From the NCBI GenBank assembly GCA_963727345.1, contig CAVSFG010000006.1, forward strand, positions 651,142-715,141: 64,000 nt of DNA, in the 5' to 3' direction. This document shows positions 61,295 through 64,000 of the stretch, in pieces. The DNA is from an uncultured Alphaproteobacteria bacterium (lineage in GTDB: Bacteria; Pseudomonadota; Alphaproteobacteria; Sphingomonadales; Sphingomonadaceae). The position numbers and the translations under genes were made by a program. Numbering within the stretch: the stretch's first letter is position 1; each line of letters begins with the position of its first letter. The notes under the pieces were generated by a model. The model saw only the letters and a program-made list of their open reading frames with translations. It ran no database searches and was not told the DNA's origin.

Positions 61295-61725
61295 CGCAGC
61301 CAGCCCCGCGCCGCGGCCAGATTCGCCACCCAGACGAGCAGGATCGCGACGGCGACGATGATCGCCGGCATGATGAAGACCGTCGGGCCGATCCCCGCGA
61401 TGGCGTCCGTCGCGAGCAGCCAGCCGCCGAACTGAAGGACGACCGCGACCAGCGACAGGATCAGCAGCAGCCGCGCCCAGCTCTGGCGCAGCAGCAGGCC
61501 GAGCGCGCCGAGCGCACCGCCGAAGACCCCGACTGCGAACAAGCCGGTCACCCACATCGGCGAGCTGTTCATCAGCGAGCGCTCCGCCGCGCTCATCTCC
61601 ATGTTGTTCGGCAGCGCGCCGACATGCATCAGATATTGCGCCACGCCGAACCCTTCCCAGAGCAAAGCGAGCACCGCCACGATCCAGAACCAGGCCGGTG
61701 GCCGGCCGCCGGTCATATCGCTCAT
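61291..61725 (-). CDS. Four-TM hypothetical membrane protein
   Basis: PPAWFWIVAVLALLW start; RBS aaggaggg; four hydrophobic helices. Confidence 0.7.
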   Translation of the reverse strand: MSDMTGGRPPAWFWIVAVLALLWEGFGVAQYLMHVGALPNNMEMSAAERSLMNSSPMWVTGLFAVGVFGGALGALGLLLRQSWARLLLILSLVAVVLQFGGWLLATDAIAGIGPTVFIMPAIIVAVAILLVWVANLAAARGWLR

Positions 61726-61787
61726 CTTCCCCTCCTTGCGATCAGGCTGGAGAGTGATCCTTTCGCCGCCGAAATGCAAACCGCCGC

Positions 61788-62676
61788 CTAGAGAGGGAGG
61801 CGGCGCAGCTTCACCTTGAACAGGGAGATGGGCTCCACCGTTACCTTGCCGGCGGCGCGGCTGGCGTGGATCATCATCAGATCGTCGATCATCAGCCCGG
61901 CGACGTCGTCGGCGAGAACCAGGTCGGCACGCCGGGCGGGTCCTTCGGCGGCCTCGCCCAGCTTCACCCAGCAGATCGACGAAGCGCGGCGCGTCCACGC
62001 CGCACAGACCGAGCGCGATCTGGATCAGGCCGCCGGCGTCGATACCGTGCTCGCTTCGTCCGCCATCGCGCCACGGCGCGCCGAGCAGCCGCTCGGCGAC
62101 GATCACCGGATCGGTGTCCTGCTCGGCGATCGGGCGGAGGTGGGCGAGCGAGACGCAGCCATATTCGGTGACGAGGCACGGGCCGCATTCGGCACCGTGC
62201 AGCAAGGCCGCCATCGGCAGGCTCGCGATCAGCGGGGCGTTCACCTGGGAATCCGGAGTCACCGGCGCGTGCGCCTCGCAGACGATATGGGTTGGCGCGA
62301 TCGGATCGGCGAGGGCGATGGCTTCGACATAGCCGACCACATGATCGCCCAGACGGTAACCCCAAGCCCAGCCGCCTGCATATTCGAGGACCGCGAAATC
62401 CTCGCCAGGGAGCAGTTCGGTGACCGGATCGCCCTCGTCGCGCGGCGTGGCCCGCAGCGTAGCGGCGCGCGACCCGCAACCCCGCACCAGGGGCCGTGCG
62501 TAATGTGGCGCGAGGACGCGCGAGGACAGAGCGATGTCCGCGAGGTCGTCGCGAAAGGCGTTGATCCGCGGATCGAGCTTCGCCGACGCGCCGGCGAGGC
62601 GGAAATGCCTAGCCGTGCTGGAGGATGAGGCCTCGGTCGCCCGCCGCCCGAACCGACCCGCCGCCGCGTTCGCCAT
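61788..62676 (-). CDS. SH3 + NlpC/P60 (C40) family protein lacking catalytic residues (frameshift near 61970)
   Basis: LDPRINAFRDDLAD, TELLPGE..WAWG..VGYV, LLGAPWRDGGR..GID and IHA. Confidence 0.72.
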
Positions 62677-63016
62677 TCCCGTCGAGGTTGCGTCCGAAGC
62701 GTTCAAGGAAATCCTGACCCGTGGTGGTTTTGGCGACGAATACGTTGCGGCGATCCGCATCGTCGCGCACGCGGCGCAGATAGCCGAGCGCCCCCAGGGT
62801 ATTCAAGGCGCGCGTGATCACCGGCTTGGACACGCCGAGTCGCTCGGCGAGGCCGCGCACGGTGTGCGGCCCCTGGGTCAGATAGACGAGCATCATCAAC
62901 GCCATCTGGCGGTTGGTGAGGTCAGGCTGGCCGGAACGCACATAGGCGATCAGGGTCTGCATCCAGCGGCTCAGTGATTGCTCGGGCACTTCTTCGCTCC
63001 GGCGAATGGCTGTCAT
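62609..63016 (-). CDS. MarR-family transcriptional regulator
   Basis: DLTNRQMA, TVRGLA..VSKPVITRAL and DRR. Confidence 0.85.
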   Translation of the reverse strand: MTAIRRSEEVPEQSLSRWMQTLIAYVRSGQPDLTNRQMALMMLVYLTQGPHTVRGLAERLGVSKPVITRALNTLGALGYLRRVRDDADRRNVFVAKTTTGQDFLERFGRNLDGNGERGGGSVRAAGDRGLILQHG

Positions 63017-63082
63017 TGTCGCGTCGTATAACCAGCCACATCGCAAATCGTTGCGGAACAGATCGGAAATGCTTGATCCGGG

Positions 63083-64000
<918 letters not shown>

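Overview
This is a GC-rich alphaproteobacterial chromosome segment. Gene order and protein style suggest Sphingomonadaceae (inference). It is mostly housekeeping: radC-like, prfB, PBP1A, cysE, a full phoR-porin-pstSCAB-phoU-phoB phosphate module with two Pho boxes, glmU-glmS, nth/dapB, cobB, a LexA-boxed imuA-imuB-dnaE2 SOS mutagenesis cassette, a TonB-dependent receptor, three tRNAs (Arg-CCG, Cys-GCA, Arg-CCT), comF-grxC-nitrilase, folE, rpsF-rpsR-rplI, fabD/fabG/acpP/fabF/mltG and a leucyl aminopeptidase. Many genes, including normally essential ones, carry frameshifts that look like assembly indel errors rather than true pseudogenes. The most interesting locus is 18165-20771. It encodes a twin-arginine, two-cysteine orphan protein followed by a PqqD/RRE chaperone, an HprK-related kinase and a nucleotidyltransferase. 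It has no peptidase or cyclase, runs into glmU-glmS and is divergent from phoR, so it is a candidate protein phosphorylation/nucleotidylation-and-export system. Other notable items are a tandem pair of secreted Pro-rich proteins ending in CSRTVTDNC, an NlpC/P60 protein that has lost its catalytic Cys and His, a putative Tat-exported caspase-like protease inside the fab cluster, and a consensus-matching sigma-EcfG promoter before a small membrane protein. No integrase, transposase or CRISPR array was seen.
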